64,000 nt of DNA from Deltaproteobacteria bacterium. GTDB lineage: Bacteria > Desulfobacterota > GWC2-55-46. The stretch is taken from positions 17,175 through 81,174 of the forward strand of contig JACRET010000032.1 of NCBI GenBank assembly GCA_016218105.1, written 5' to 3'. Shown one piece after another: positions 1 through 9,376 of this stretch. Both the position numbers and the translations under genes were made by a program. Numbering within the stretch: the stretch's first letter is position 1; every line of letters begins with the position of its first letter. Under the pieces are notes generated by a model. The model was not told the DNA's origin. It was given only the letters and a program-made list of their open reading frames with translations, and ran no database searches.

Positions 1-9
1 ATATCGCGT

Positions 10-1917
10 ATGCTGAGAGACGAGGATCCCTATGTAAGAAGGGATGCCTGCGAAGCCATAAGTGATACTAAGGATATAAGCTTTATCTCGGAACTCGTTT
101 CCGTGCTTAAAGATGAAAACCCGAGTGTCCAGGAGGCCGCGCTGAACGCGCTTACGCTGATAGGGGGTAAGCACGTTGCAGATGCTATAACGCCTCTGCT
201 GAGGCTCGAAGATGTCTCCTTGAGGAACATGGGGATCGAAATACTGCAGCAGATAGGCCCTGAGGCTATCGATGCCCTTTCCGTGCTTCTTAAGGACAGC
301 GACGATGACGTCGTGAAATTCGCGGTGGATATACTCGCCAATATTAAAGAAGCTCAGGCGGCTGGGCTTCTTTCAACGCTTGTGGATCATAAGAACGCGA
401 ACGTGAGGGCGTCGGTAGCGGTTTGCCTTGGGCGGATAAAGGCCCCTGTTTCAGCAGAGGTACTCTTTAAAATATTACATGATTCCGAAGAATGGGTCAA
501 GTTTTCAGCTATTGAAGGTCTCGGACTATTGCAGGACAAGAGCGCGTTCGGCCCGCTGCTTGAGATAATAAGCAGCGACTCGGGCCTCCTTAAGGAGGCG
601 GCGATAGAGGCTGTCAGCAAGATCGCCTCAAGCTCCGATGCCGCGGATATACTCATAAAATTACAGGAATTCATAAGAAAAGGCGGGGTGATAAATCCCG
701 CTTCAATTGTAGAACTGATGGACAAGGCTTCTGCTCCGGGGTCGAATTTCAAGCCATCGACGGAATTCAAGGAAGCTTATTTTAATTTTTTCTCAAAGGC
801 GCTCGAGGAGAGCGAAAAGGGCTCAAAACAGAGCGCCCTCAAGGGATTTGGCCTTCTTAAGGCGACTGAAGGGCTTAAAAAGGTCTTTGATTTCGTGGGG
901 ATCCTTAACGAGATAGACGAGGATACGGAATCCCTTCTGGTAGAGACCATCGTTTCGATTTCAGGACATGGCCCTCTGCCGCAGGCAATTAAAGACGAGA
1001 TCGTAAAAGGCGGCAAATCCCTTAAGCTTATCATAAAGGCGCTTGGGGAGCTTAAGACAGAAGAAGCGGTGCCGATACTGGCCGGGTTTATGAGCACGGT
1101 TGCCAAGCATGAGCTCCGTGAGGTCGTCTCTGCCCTCGAAGCTATCGGCTCTCCAGACTCGGTGGAGGTGCTTCTCAAGGCGCTTAAGTCCTCCGACGGG
1201 CATACCAGAAAAATCTCAGCCAGGGCCCTTGGCGCGCTCGCCGGAGAAGAATCTGTAGAGACGCTGTTCGAGTCTTTAATAAAGGAAACTTACAGGGATG
1301 TGCTTGAGGAGATCACGGATGTGCTCGCCTCCATACCGTCGGAATCAGTAAAAAAAGGCTTTTGCGGCCTCCTTTCTGACGATAAGGAACAGCTGAGGGA
1401 GATGGGGGCCAGGGGGCTTGGGCTGATTGGCGATGAGGAGGCGCTCCGGTTCCTCCGTAAGGCCGCTCAGGACGAGAGCCCGAATGTAAGGAGGATGTCT
1501 TACAAATCAATGGCCAGGCTGGGTATCCCGGAAGCGGTTGATGCCATCATAAGCGGGCTTAGCGACGTACACGATGACGTAAAGCTCTCCGTGCTGAAGG
1601 CGCTCGGAGGCTGGTCGGGCGAGAAGATAAAGGCAGCACTCATAGGGGCGTTGAAGGACAAGAATATCTGGGTCAGGTACCATTCTGTGCTTTTGCTGGG
1701 CGAGCTGGAGGAGCCGGATATCGAAGGTCTTATAATCGATATCCTGAGGAAAGACGAGGCTCCGGTAAAAGCCGCCGCGGCAAAAGCCTTAGAAAGGATC
1801 GGCAGCCCTGAAGCCATATCAGTGCTGAAGGAATTCGTTTCCCATCCCGACCCTAGTGTAAGGACGGCTGTTGAGAACGCAATAGGTACATTGAATGCTG
1901 ACTCTTGGAATAAATAG
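10..1917 (+). CDS. HEAT-repeat (PBS-lyase HEAT-like) protein, first gene of the che operon in this window; 5' end possibly outside the window
   Basis: 635-aa ORF built from reiterated ~30-aa units (D..VR..A..ALG.IG....V..L...LKD), typical of HEAT/PBS-lyase repeats. The reading frame is open back to base 1. The 3' end overlaps the cheR start by 23 nt. Confidence 0.75.
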   Translation: MLRDEDPYVRRDACEAISDTKDISFISELVSVLKDENPSVQEAALNALTLIGGKHVADAITPLLRLEDVSLRNMGIEILQQIGPEAIDALSVLLKDSDDDVVKFAVDILANIKEAQAAGLLSTLVDHKNANVRASVAVCLGRIKAPVSAEVLFKILHDSEEWVKFSAIEGLGLLQDKSAFGPLLEIISSDSGLLKEAAIEAVSKIASSSDAADILIKLQEFIRKGGVINPASIVELMDKASAPGSNFKPSTEFKEAYFNFFSKALEESEKGSKQSALKGFGLLKATEGLKKVFDFVGILNEIDEDTESLLVETIVSISGHGPLPQAIKDEIVKGGKSLKLIIKALGELKTEEAVPILAGFMSTVAKHELREVVSALEAIGSPDSVEVLLKALKSSDGHTRKISARALGALAGEESVETLFESLIKETYRDVLEEITDVLASIPSESVKKGFCGLLSDDKEQLREMGARGLGLIGDEEALRFLRKAAQDESPNVRRMSYKSMARLGIPEAVDAIISGLSDVHDDVKLSVLKALGGWSGEKIKAALIGALKDKNIWVRYHSVLLLGELEEPDIEGLIIDILRKDEAPVKAAAAKALERIGSPEAISVLKEFVSHPDPSVRTAVENAIGTLNADSWNK

Positions 1918-2755
1918 CAAACCAAAGCTCTCCTACGAGACTTTTTGCTTACTCAGGGATATCATCTACGCCAAGTGCGGGATATTCTTCGCGGATACTA
2001 AAAAGTACCTGCTTGAGACAAGGCTTTTAAGGAGACTCGAGGAAAAAAACCTCAAGACATTCGAGGATTACTATTATTTCCTCATGTACGACCCCGAAAA
2101 GACGAAGGAGCTCTCCAACGTCCTTAATTCGATCGTGACGAATGAGACGAGTTTTTTCAGGGACAACGCGCAGCTTGACGCCTTCAGACGAGGTGTCATA
2201 CCAAAGGTGCTTGAGGAGAAGGCCAAGTCGGGGAGCAAATCCCTCAAGATATGGAGCGCGGCCTGCTCGACCGGCGAAGAGCCTTATACGCTGGGGATGA
2301 TGCTTATGGATGACGCGCTCCCGGCTAAAGGTTATTTGATAGACATCCTAGGAAGCGACATAAGCGACATAGTGCTTAAGTCAGCGGAAGCCGGCGTGTA
2401 TGAAAAGTACGCGCTAAGGAACACCCCGGAGGCATTTCTCAGGAAATACTTCGTCAGCAACGGCGGCGATTCCTATTCCGTAAGCAGGAAAGTGCATGAA
2501 ATTGTCAAATACAGGAAGGTGAACCTGGTAGATTCGCTCGAAACAAGGATGGTCAAGGGCATTGACGTAATATTCTGCAGAAACGTCCTAATCTACTTCG
2601 ACGACGCCTCGAAGAAAAAGGCGGTCACGCACCTCTATGACAGTTTAAACAAGGGCGGTTACCTTTTTGTAGGTTTTTCTGAGACCTTGCATAATATCAC
2701 AAGGCTGTTCAGGCCAGTTAGCATCGAGAGGTCTGTGGTCTACCAAAAAGTATAG
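1895..2755 (+). CDS. cheR: Chemotaxis protein methyltransferase CheR
   Basis: 286 aa. SAM-binding region IWSAACSTGEEPYTLGMML and VIFCRNVLIYFD are typical of CheR. Sits in a che operon. Confidence 0.9.
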   Translation: MLTLGINSKPKLSYETFCLLRDIIYAKCGIFFADTKKYLLETRLLRRLEEKNLKTFEDYYYFLMYDPEKTKELSNVLNSIVTNETSFFRDNAQLDAFRRGVIPKVLEEKAKSGSKSLKIWSAACSTGEEPYTLGMMLMDDALPAKGYLIDILGSDISDIVLKSAEAGVYEKYALRNTPEAFLRKYFVSNGGDSYSVSRKVHEIVKYRKVNLVDSLETRMVKGIDVIFCRNVLIYFDDASKKKAVTHLYDSLNKGGYLFVGFSETLHNITRLFRPVSIERSVVYQKV

Positions 2756-2758
2756 AGG

Positions 2759-3127
2759 ATGGCTATGGATAAGAAAATCCTGATAGTTGACGACTGCGAC
2801 ACTACCAGAAAGCTCCTATCGTACATAATCCGGGAGAGGGGATACAAGATCATCGGGGCCTCAAACGGGATAGAGGCGCTGGAGGTCATGGCCGCGAATC
2901 CCGTGGATCTCGTGGTGACGGACCTTAACATGCCGCAGATGGACGGTTTCGAACTGTCCAAGAGCTTAAGGGGCCAGCCTGAGTATCATGAGTTGCCGAT
3001 CATAATGATCACGACCGAATCGAGCGACGCGGACAAGAAGGCCGGGATGGAGGCAGGCGTCACTACATATCTTTCAAAGCCTATATCTCCCCAGAGGCTC
3101 ATCTATGAAATAGAAAAGCTTATTTGA
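2759..3127 (+). CDS. Single-domain response regulator (CheY-like receiver)
   Basis: 122 aa. Receiver signatures ILIVDD, VVTDLNMPQMDG and YLSKP. No output domain. Confidence 0.85.
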   Translation: MAMDKKILIVDDCDTTRKLLSYIIRERGYKIIGASNGIEALEVMAANPVDLVVTDLNMPQMDGFELSKSLRGQPEYHELPIIMITTESSDADKKAGMEAGVTTYLSKPISPQRLIYEIEKLI

Positions 3128-3177
3128 GACATTTTCATAATATATCCTGCAAAGGTTACTGAGAATAAGGAGGCAGC

Positions 3178-3573
3178 ATGTACGATCAGAACATGAAGAT
3201 ACTGGTAGTCGATGATTTTTCCACGATGAGAAGGATAATCAAGAATATCCTTAAAGAGATCGGCTATGTGAATGTCGATGAGGCGGACGATGGGACAACG
3301 GCCCTTGAGAAGCTTAAGGGCGCAAAGTTCGATTTTGTCGTGACAGACTGGAACATGCCCAATATGCCGGGCATCGAGCTCCTGAAGGCAATACGCCAGG
3401 ACCCGGACCTTAAGGCAACGCCTGTTCTCATGGTCACCGCGGAAGCGGCCAAGGAGAATGTCGTTACCGCCGTAGCCGCGGGGGTAAATAACTACATCGT
3501 AAAGCCTTTCACGGCCGCGGCGCTCAAGGAAAGGATAGATCTTATCCTTGAGAAGCTGAAAAGCCCTCAATAG
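3178..3573 (+). CDS. cheY: Chemotaxis response regulator CheY
   Basis: 131 aa. [33 protein letters not shown] and YIVKPF give a near-canonical CheY. AGGAGG-like RBS upstream. Confidence 0.9.
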   Translation: MYDQNMKILVVDDFSTMRRIIKNILKEIGYVNVDEADDGTTALEKLKGAKFDFVVTDWNMPNMPGIELLKAIRQDPDLKATPVLMVTAEAAKENVVTAVAAGVNNYIVKPFTAAALKERIDLILEKLKSPQ

Positions 3574-3615
3574 CAATAATATTCTCTATTAAATTGATAC
3601 ATCGGAAAGGAGAAG

Positions 3616-4212
3616 ATGATTATGAGCGGAAATAACTGGAATGAAGTGATGATAAAGATAAAGGGAGAGCTTGCAAGTCTGGCACAGTTTATCGACAAGA
3701 CAAGAAATGGGATAGACACCCTGGAGACGACAGTCAAGGTAGGCTCTGAGAGGTTTCCGGAGGCCTCTAACCAGATAGCGGCAGTAACGGGAGACCTTGA
3801 GAACGCGGCGAATAACATTATGACGATACTTGAGGACCTTATGGCCGAGCAGGATAAGATGCATGCCAGTCTGGCCGATCTGACGCAGTGGGCCGGGAGC
3901 CTTGGCGAGGCGGACGGCGTAAAAGGCCTTAAGATGATCGGCGATATGGAGAAGGTGCACAATAAGACTAAAACGGAGCTGATGGAGATCTTCACGAACA
4001 TGTCCTTCCATGACCTTTCCGGACAGAAGCTTAAGAAGGTAATCGGTTCGCTCGCTGTTGTGGAATCCAAGCTCCTGGAAATGGCCCTGAGTTTTGGTTT
4101 TGAGGATAAACTCAACACCCATGCGCCGGGTGGCTTCATACCGCAGGCGCAGCCGGAAAAGCCTATCGACCAGAATGTCGTCGATAAGCTGCTCAAGGAA
4201 CTTGGCGCTTAA
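3616..4212 (+). CDS. cheZ: CheY-P phosphatase CheZ
   Basis: 198 aa. FHDLSGQKLKKV resembles the E. coli CheZ active-site segment FQDLTGQVIKRM. The C-terminal DQNVVDKLLKELGA resembles the CheY-binding tail DQVDDLLDSLGF. ATG at 3622 is an alternative start. Confidence 0.8.
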   Translation: MIMSGNNWNEVMIKIKGELASLAQFIDKTRNGIDTLETTVKVGSERFPEASNQIAAVTGDLENAANNIMTILEDLMAEQDKMHASLADLTQWAGSLGEADGVKGLKMIGDMEKVHNKTKTELMEIFTNMSFHDLSGQKLKKVIGSLAVVESKLLEMALSFGFEDKLNTHAPGGFIPQAQPEKPIDQNVVDKLLKELGA

Positions 4213-4239
4213 GTCTATTATTTAAGTACCGGAGGCTGT

Positions 4240-6048
4240 ATGTCTTTTCCATCAAACGAGATGGATGAAATTATAAACGATTTCATATCCGAATCGACCG
4301 AAGGGCTTGAGTCGCTCGACCAGAAGTTCATCGAGCTTGAAAAAAACCCGGGCGATACGGTTCTTTTGAATGACATTTTCAGGTCGGTCCATACCATAAA
4401 AGGGGCGGCTGGTTTTCTTGGTTTTCAGCAGATGGTCGATGTCACCCATGTCGCCGAGGACGTCCTTAACAAGCTCAGAAAAGGCGAGATGGCTGTGGAC
4501 GCAGTCATTATGGACGCGATACTCGAGACCATAGACCTGATAAAGGTGCTCCTTCAGAACATTAAGGAAAAGAATGGAAAAGAAGAGGATGTAGCCCCTG
4601 TAATCTCTTCACTCAGGGTAATACTCGAGGGTAAGGTCGTCCAAGAGGTCAAGTCCGTTCAAGCCGCCTCAGAGCCCCTGAACCCTGTCATACTATTGGA
4701 GGAACAGAAAGTAATAGAGATAAAAGCCCCTGACGCTCCGCCCCAAAAACCGCGGGCGGCTGAGGCGTTGTTAAGACCTGCGGATGACGTGAAACCTGTT
4801 AGCGAGGCCGCCAGAGCGCCCAAGCCTGAGGAAGGCGCCCATTCGAAAGACAAGGAGCAGTCGATCAGGGTTGATATTGACAGGCTCGACAGCGTCCTTA
4901 ACCTTGCGGGTGAGCTGGTGCTTGCCAGAAACAGATTGATGAGGCTGGGCACAAAGATGAGCGAATTGGACGGCGAAAGCGAACTCGTCTCTCATATGGA
5001 GGAAGGGATTTCTCAGCTTGACCTCGTCACGACAGACCTTCAGCTTGCCGTGATGAAGATGAGGATGCAGCCTATAGCGAAGGTATTCAATAAATTCCCG
5101 AGGATGGTAAGGGATCTTGCAAGGCAGAATAACAAGGAAGTCGAGCTTGTAATAAGCGGCGAAGAGACGGAGCTTGATAAGACTGTTATCGAGGAGCTGG
5201 GAGACCCGCTCGTTCATCTTATCAGGAACGCCCTCGACCATGGCATGGAAACCCCTGAAGAGCGCGTTGCCGCCGGGAAACCCAGGTGCGGCACCTTGCG
5301 GCTTTCCGCGTACCAGGAGGGAAGGAACATAATAGTATCGGTAGCCGAGGACGGGAGAGGTATCGACCCCGCTGCGATAAAGAGGTCGGCTGTCGAGAAA
5401 GGGCTTATTTCACAGGACGAGGCCGATAAATTATCAAATAAGGACGCGTTTAACCTCATCTTCATTCCAGGCTTTTCCACCGCCAAGAAGGTAAGCAACA
5501 TATCAGGCCGGGGAGTCGGGATGGATGTGGTTAAAACCAATATTACGAGGATCAACGGCGCCATAGCCATAGATTCCGAAATCGGGCACGGCACAAAGAT
5601 AACCTTCAGCCTGCCGCTTACGCTGGCTATCATCCAGGCCCTCACCGTGGAAGCGGGCGGCGAGGTCTACGGGATACCGCTTTCCACGGTAATTGAGAAC
5701 ATCAGGGTAACAGATGATGAGATAAAGACGGTGGAAGGAAAAGAGGTAATACATATCAGGGACAGGGTTTTTCCTGTCGTAAGGCTCGGATCGCTCGTCT
5801 CCGGCAATGCCTCAAGGGCAAGGTCGGAATGGAAATACATCGTCATAATAGGTATCGGTGAAAAGAAGTTTGGTATCCTCGTTGACAGGCTTCACGGCCA
5901 GGAGGAGATAGTGATGAAGTCAATGGGCGAGTACCTTAAGGGGACTGAGGGGATCGCCGGGGCCTGTATTACCGGCGATGGAAACGTGATTTTAATTCTT
6001 GACCTGGCGGGGCTTCTTGAAGCGCTGCAGAGGTCTAAAGCGATTTAG
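4240..6048 (+). CDS. cheA: Chemotaxis histidine kinase CheA
   Basis: 602 aa. HPt box SVHTIKGAAGFLGF, kinase core (DPLVHLIRNALDHG, GRGVGMDVV) and a C-terminal CheW-like domain. P1 is joined to the dimerisation domain by a Pro/Ala-rich linker and I see no obvious P2 domain. Confidence 0.92.
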   Translation: MSFPSNEMDEIINDFISESTEGLESLDQKFIELEKNPGDTVLLNDIFRSVHTIKGAAGFLGFQQMVDVTHVAEDVLNKLRKGEMAVDAVIMDAILETIDLIKVLLQNIKEKNGKEEDVAPVISSLRVILEGKVVQEVKSVQAASEPLNPVILLEEQKVIEIKAPDAPPQKPRAAEALLRPADDVKPVSEAARAPKPEEGAHSKDKEQSIRVDIDRLDSVLNLAGELVLARNRLMRLGTKMSELDGESELVSHMEEGISQLDLVTTDLQLAVMKMRMQPIAKVFNKFPRMVRDLARQNNKEVELVISGEETELDKTVIEELGDPLVHLIRNALDHGMETPEERVAAGKPRCGTLRLSAYQEGRNIIVSVAEDGRGIDPAAIKRSAVEKGLISQDEADKLSNKDAFNLIFIPGFSTAKKVSNISGRGVGMDVVKTNITRINGAIAIDSEIGHGTKITFSLPLTLAIIQALTVEAGGEVYGIPLSTVIENIRVTDDEIKTVEGKEVIHIRDRVFPVVRLGSLVSGNASRARSEWKYIVIIGIGEKKFGILVDRLHGQEEIVMKSMGEYLKGTEGIAGACITGDGNVILILDLAGLLEALQRSKAI

Positions 6049-6055
6049 GAGCTTT

Positions 6056-7108
6056 ATGCTTAATAAAAAAATAAGGGTCCTGATAGTCGATGATTCCGCT
6101 TTCATGCGCAAGGTGATAAAGCAGATGATCGAGACCGACCCTGAGATAGAGGTCGTAGGCAGCGCGCGCGATGGCCGTGAAGGTGTTGAGCTTGCCTTGT
6201 CGCTTAACCCGGACGTCATCACCATGGATCTGGAAATGCCCAGGATGAATGGACTTGAAGCGACCGAAATAATAATGGATAAGTCGCCAACACCCATAAT
6301 AATGGTAAGCTCGCTGACCAAAGAGGGCGCGAAGGCTACATTCGAGGCGCTGGACAAGGGCGCGGCGGATTATATCTCGAAGAACCTTACGAGTTCCTCT
6401 TTCGACATGATGAAGATACAGGAAGAGCTGATAGGCAAGGTCAAGGCGGTCTCGCGCAAGAAGAACAGGCTTTTCGGCCTGAGAAGTTTTGTCCCCAGGC
6501 CGCCGCTGCCCTCCGTAAAGAAAAGTTTCGCTACTCAAAAGATCGGCTTTGTCGCGATAGGCGCGTCCACAGGCGGCCCCAGGGCGATACAGGAAGTGTT
6601 GTCGCACCTGCCGGGAGACATGACGACCCCCTTTCTGGTGGCTATACATATGCCGAGGGCATTTACAGGGGCCTTTGCCGAACGTTTGAACGAGCTTTGC
6701 AAGCTGGAGGTAAAAGAGGCGGCGCAGGGCGATTATGTAAGGGCCGGCCAGATACTGTTAACCCCCGGCGGCAGCCAGACAAGGATCAGGAAAAGAGGGG
6801 GGATCGATTTCTGTGTTGAGATAAACGACGAACCCCATAATTCGCTCTATAAGCCGTCGGTCGATATCTGCATGACCTCGGTAGCGGACTGCTACCCTGG
6901 AAGATCTTTAGGCGTCATACTGACCGGGATGGGCCATGATGGCAGGGAAGGGATGAGGCTTATAAAGGAAAAAGGCGGAAAGACCCTCGCCCAGAATGAA
7001 GAGACATGTACAGTGTATGGTATGCCCAAGGCGGTCGTGGACGCCGGGCTTGCGGACAAGATAGTCCCCTTGGACCATATCGCCGCTGAAATCGTCAACA
7101 TGATTTAA
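6056..7108 (+). CDS. cheB: Chemotaxis methylesterase/response regulator CheB
   Basis: Receiver (IRVLIVDDSAFMR, ITMDLEMPRMNG) plus methylesterase (GASTGGP, LTGMGHDG). I moved the start to ATG 6056 (MLNKKIRVL) because the ORF-track start at 5999 would overlap cheA by 50 nt. Confidence 0.9.
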   Translation: MLNKKIRVLIVDDSAFMRKVIKQMIETDPEIEVVGSARDGREGVELALSLNPDVITMDLEMPRMNGLEATEIIMDKSPTPIIMVSSLTKEGAKATFEALDKGAADYISKNLTSSSFDMMKIQEELIGKVKAVSRKKNRLFGLRSFVPRPPLPSVKKSFATQKIGFVAIGASTGGPRAIQEVLSHLPGDMTTPFLVAIHMPRAFTGAFAERLNELCKLEVKEAAQGDYVRAGQILLTPGGSQTRIRKRGGIDFCVEINDEPHNSLYKPSVDICMTSVADCYPGRSLGVILTGMGHDGREGMRLIKEKGGKTLAQNEETCTVYGMPKAVVDAGLADKIVPLDHIAAEIVNMI

Positions 7109-7122
7109 TAAGAGATGCCGGA

Positions 7123-7878
7123 ATGGATTTCCTTACAATAATAGGGCTGGTGCTTGGGTTCGGCGCCATCATCGGGGGGCAGGTACTCGAAGGCGGTTCG
7201 CTTCATTCGATACTCCAGATAACCGCCGCGATCATAGTCATCGGCGGCACTGTCGGGGCCGTGTGCGTGCATTATTCGTTCCCTACCTTTATCCTCGCGC
7301 TCAAGAACGCGAAGATGGCCATTTTCAACGGGAAGAACGACCCCAAAGCGATAATAAGACAGATAACCGAGCTTGCCGGCATAGCCAGAAAAGACGGGCT
7401 GCTCGCGCTCGAGTCGAAGATAAAGAAAATAGACGACCCCTTCCTGAGAAAAGGCCTTCAGCTGGTAGTTGACGGCGCTGAGCCGAAGCTTACGAGGGAG
7501 ATCCTTGAAATTGAGATAGCTTATTCCGAAGAATATCATCTCGCCTCAGCCAAGGTCTTCGAATCCGCCGGAGGTTACGCCCCGACCATCGGCATCCTGG
7601 GCGCCGTGCTTGGCCTAATCCATGTGATGGAAAACCTCGCCGACCCGAGCAAGCTCGGCTCCGGCATAGCCGTGGCGTTCGTCGCTACGGTTTACGGCGT
7701 GGGTACCGCAAACCTCCTCTGGCTTCCTCTCGCCGGCAAGCTCAAGTTCAAGATCAGGGAGGAGGTTATCGTCAAGGAGCTGATCATCGAAGGGCTGATC
7801 TCTCTGTCGGAAGGCGAGAACCCCCACAGGGTAGAGGAAAAACTTTCAGGATTTCTAAAGGAATCCGAAAAGAAATGA
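7123..7878 (+). CDS. motA: Flagellar stator protein MotA
   Basis: 251 aa with multiple TM segments. The C-terminal channel region GILGAVLGLIHVM...AFVATVYGVGTANLLWLP is typical of MotA/PomA. Confidence 0.88.
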   Translation: MDFLTIIGLVLGFGAIIGGQVLEGGSLHSILQITAAIIVIGGTVGAVCVHYSFPTFILALKNAKMAIFNGKNDPKAIIRQITELAGIARKDGLLALESKIKKIDDPFLRKGLQLVVDGAEPKLTREILEIEIAYSEEYHLASAKVFESAGGYAPTIGILGAVLGLIHVMENLADPSKLGSGIAVAFVATVYGVGTANLLWLPLAGKLKFKIREEVIVKELIIEGLISLSEGENPHRVEEKLSGFLKESEKK

Positions 7879-7931
7879 TAAGGCGTAGAACCGCGGGGCC
7901 AAACGCCCTGTTGTGGAAGCGGAGCGGCTCA

Positions 7932-8645
7932 ATGGCAAGGAAGAAAAGGCACGAGGAACATGAGAACCACGAAAGATGGCTGGTGTCTTACGCTGACTTC
8001 ATAACGCTTCTTTTCGCCTTTTTTACAAGCATGTACGCCATGTCTACCGTAAATGAGGGCAAGTTCAGGATCTTAAGCGAGGCCCTTGCCATATCCTTTA
8101 ATCCATCGCTCTATACCTCCACTAAAATGAACGAAGGCCCTCGCTTTGTAAAGGAGCAGCGGCCAAGTATCGCAAGTGAGTTCAACGAGATGTATACCGG
8201 CAGCTATCAGAAGATACAGAACGCGCTTAAGGATCTTGAGAAGGACAAAAAGCTTACTTTCGTCATGGACGGGCAGAAGATAATCATAAGGATATCGGAA
8301 TCCATGCTGTTCGAACCGGCAAGCGATGTGCTCCTGGAAGAAGCGTTGCCGGCCCTGGCGGAAATAAGCGCGGTAGTCAAGGACATGCCGAATTTCATCA
8401 GGATAGAGGGCCATACGGATAACATCCCGGTTAATACCGAGAGGTTCCCGTCGAACTGGGATTTATCGAGCGCCAGGGCCATAAAGATCTTGAAATATCT
8501 TGTCGAGGAGGGGAATTTAGACCCCAGAAGACTTTCTGCCGTAGGTCACGGCGAGTTCAGGCCGCTTGATTCAAACGACACCCCGGCCGGCAGAATAAAG
8601 AACAGAAGGGTAGATTTGATGATCTTGACCGGCTCAGACAATTAA
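7932..8645 (+). CDS. motB: Flagellar stator protein MotB (OmpA-like peptidoglycan anchor)
   Basis: HERWLVSYADFITLLFAFF TM/plug segment plus a C-terminal OmpA-like domain (IEGHTDNIP, NWDLSSARA, NRRVDL). GGAG lies 7 nt upstream of ATG 7932. ATG 7875 (ATGA overlap with the motA stop) is the alternative start. Confidence 0.88.
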   Translation: MARKKRHEEHENHERWLVSYADFITLLFAFFTSMYAMSTVNEGKFRILSEALAISFNPSLYTSTKMNEGPRFVKEQRPSIASEFNEMYTGSYQKIQNALKDLEKDKKLTFVMDGQKIIIRISESMLFEPASDVLLEEALPALAEISAVVKDMPNFIRIEGHTDNIPVNTERFPSNWDLSSARAIKILKYLVEEGNLDPRRLSAVGHGEFRPLDSNDTPAGRIKNRRVDLMILTGSDN

Positions 8646-8796
8646 TATCCGCTCATTCGCCATTCCGCTTTCACCCGTCCTTCTCCTTAACCTTCGATAA
8701 ATAAAATATTTTTTTTCAAGTTTTTTCTTAAAACGCCGAAGAAGTAATTATAAAAAAGATTGAAAGCTCATTATCTCGCTATCCCTGGAGGCGGAC

Positions 8797-9288
8797 ATGG
8801 ACTTAAAAAAGGATTTTGATTCGAAAGAAGTGCTGCAGCTTGTTACGTTCAGGCTCGGACATGAGGAATTCTCACTTGATATCCTGAAAGTACAGGAGAT
8901 CATCAGGCACATGGAGCTTACAAGGGTGCCACGCACGCCAGACTTTGTGGATGGCGTTATAAATCTAAGGGGCAGGGTGATACCCGTGCTTGACCTGAGA
9001 AAGCGTTTCGGCCTGCCTGCGGATGAGAAGACTAACGAGACCAGGATAATAGTCGTGGATGTAGACAACAGGACCGTTGGTCTGAAAGTAGACGCGGTCT
9101 CAGAGGTTTTAAGGCTTCCGGCCGATACGGTTGAGCCTCCGCCCTCGATAGTGACGGGGGCTGAATCGGATTATATAAAGGGCGTTGGAAAGCTTGACGG
9201 ACGGCTTTTGATCCTGCTGGATGTTTCGAAGATATTGTCGCGTACGGAGAGAGACGCACTTGGCAATGTCTTAAACGCAGTGGCTTAG
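8797..9288 (+). CDS. cheW: Chemotaxis coupling protein CheW
   Basis: 163 aa. LVTFRLGHEEFSLDILKVQEI, INLRGRVIPVLDLRKRFG and IIVV are a typical CheW fold signature. GGAGG RBS. Confidence 0.9.
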   Translation: MDLKKDFDSKEVLQLVTFRLGHEEFSLDILKVQEIIRHMELTRVPRTPDFVDGVINLRGRVIPVLDLRKRFGLPADEKTNETRIIVVDVDNRTVGLKVDAVSEVLRLPADTVEPPPSIVTGAESDYIKGVGKLDGRLLILLDVSKILSRTERDALGNVLNAVA

Positions 9289-9376
9289 GAAGGCCGGAGC
9301 GCGCGAGGAGAGACGCGCCTGTAAGGCCAGTGGTATCCGCTAAAAACTTAGAGAGAGCGCTTGGAGGAGAGAGGGT

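Noticed and set aside
5422-5429. Exact GCCGATAA octamer inside cheA
   Set aside because: There is no TAAA at the -35 position and it lies within coding sequence. Probably chance.
7875-7931. Longer MotB starting at ATG 7875 (ATGA overlap with motA)
   Set aside because: The extra 19 residues are basic and non-conserved. ATG 7932 has a properly spaced GGAG and gives the typical MotB N-terminus. I keep 7875 only as an alternative.
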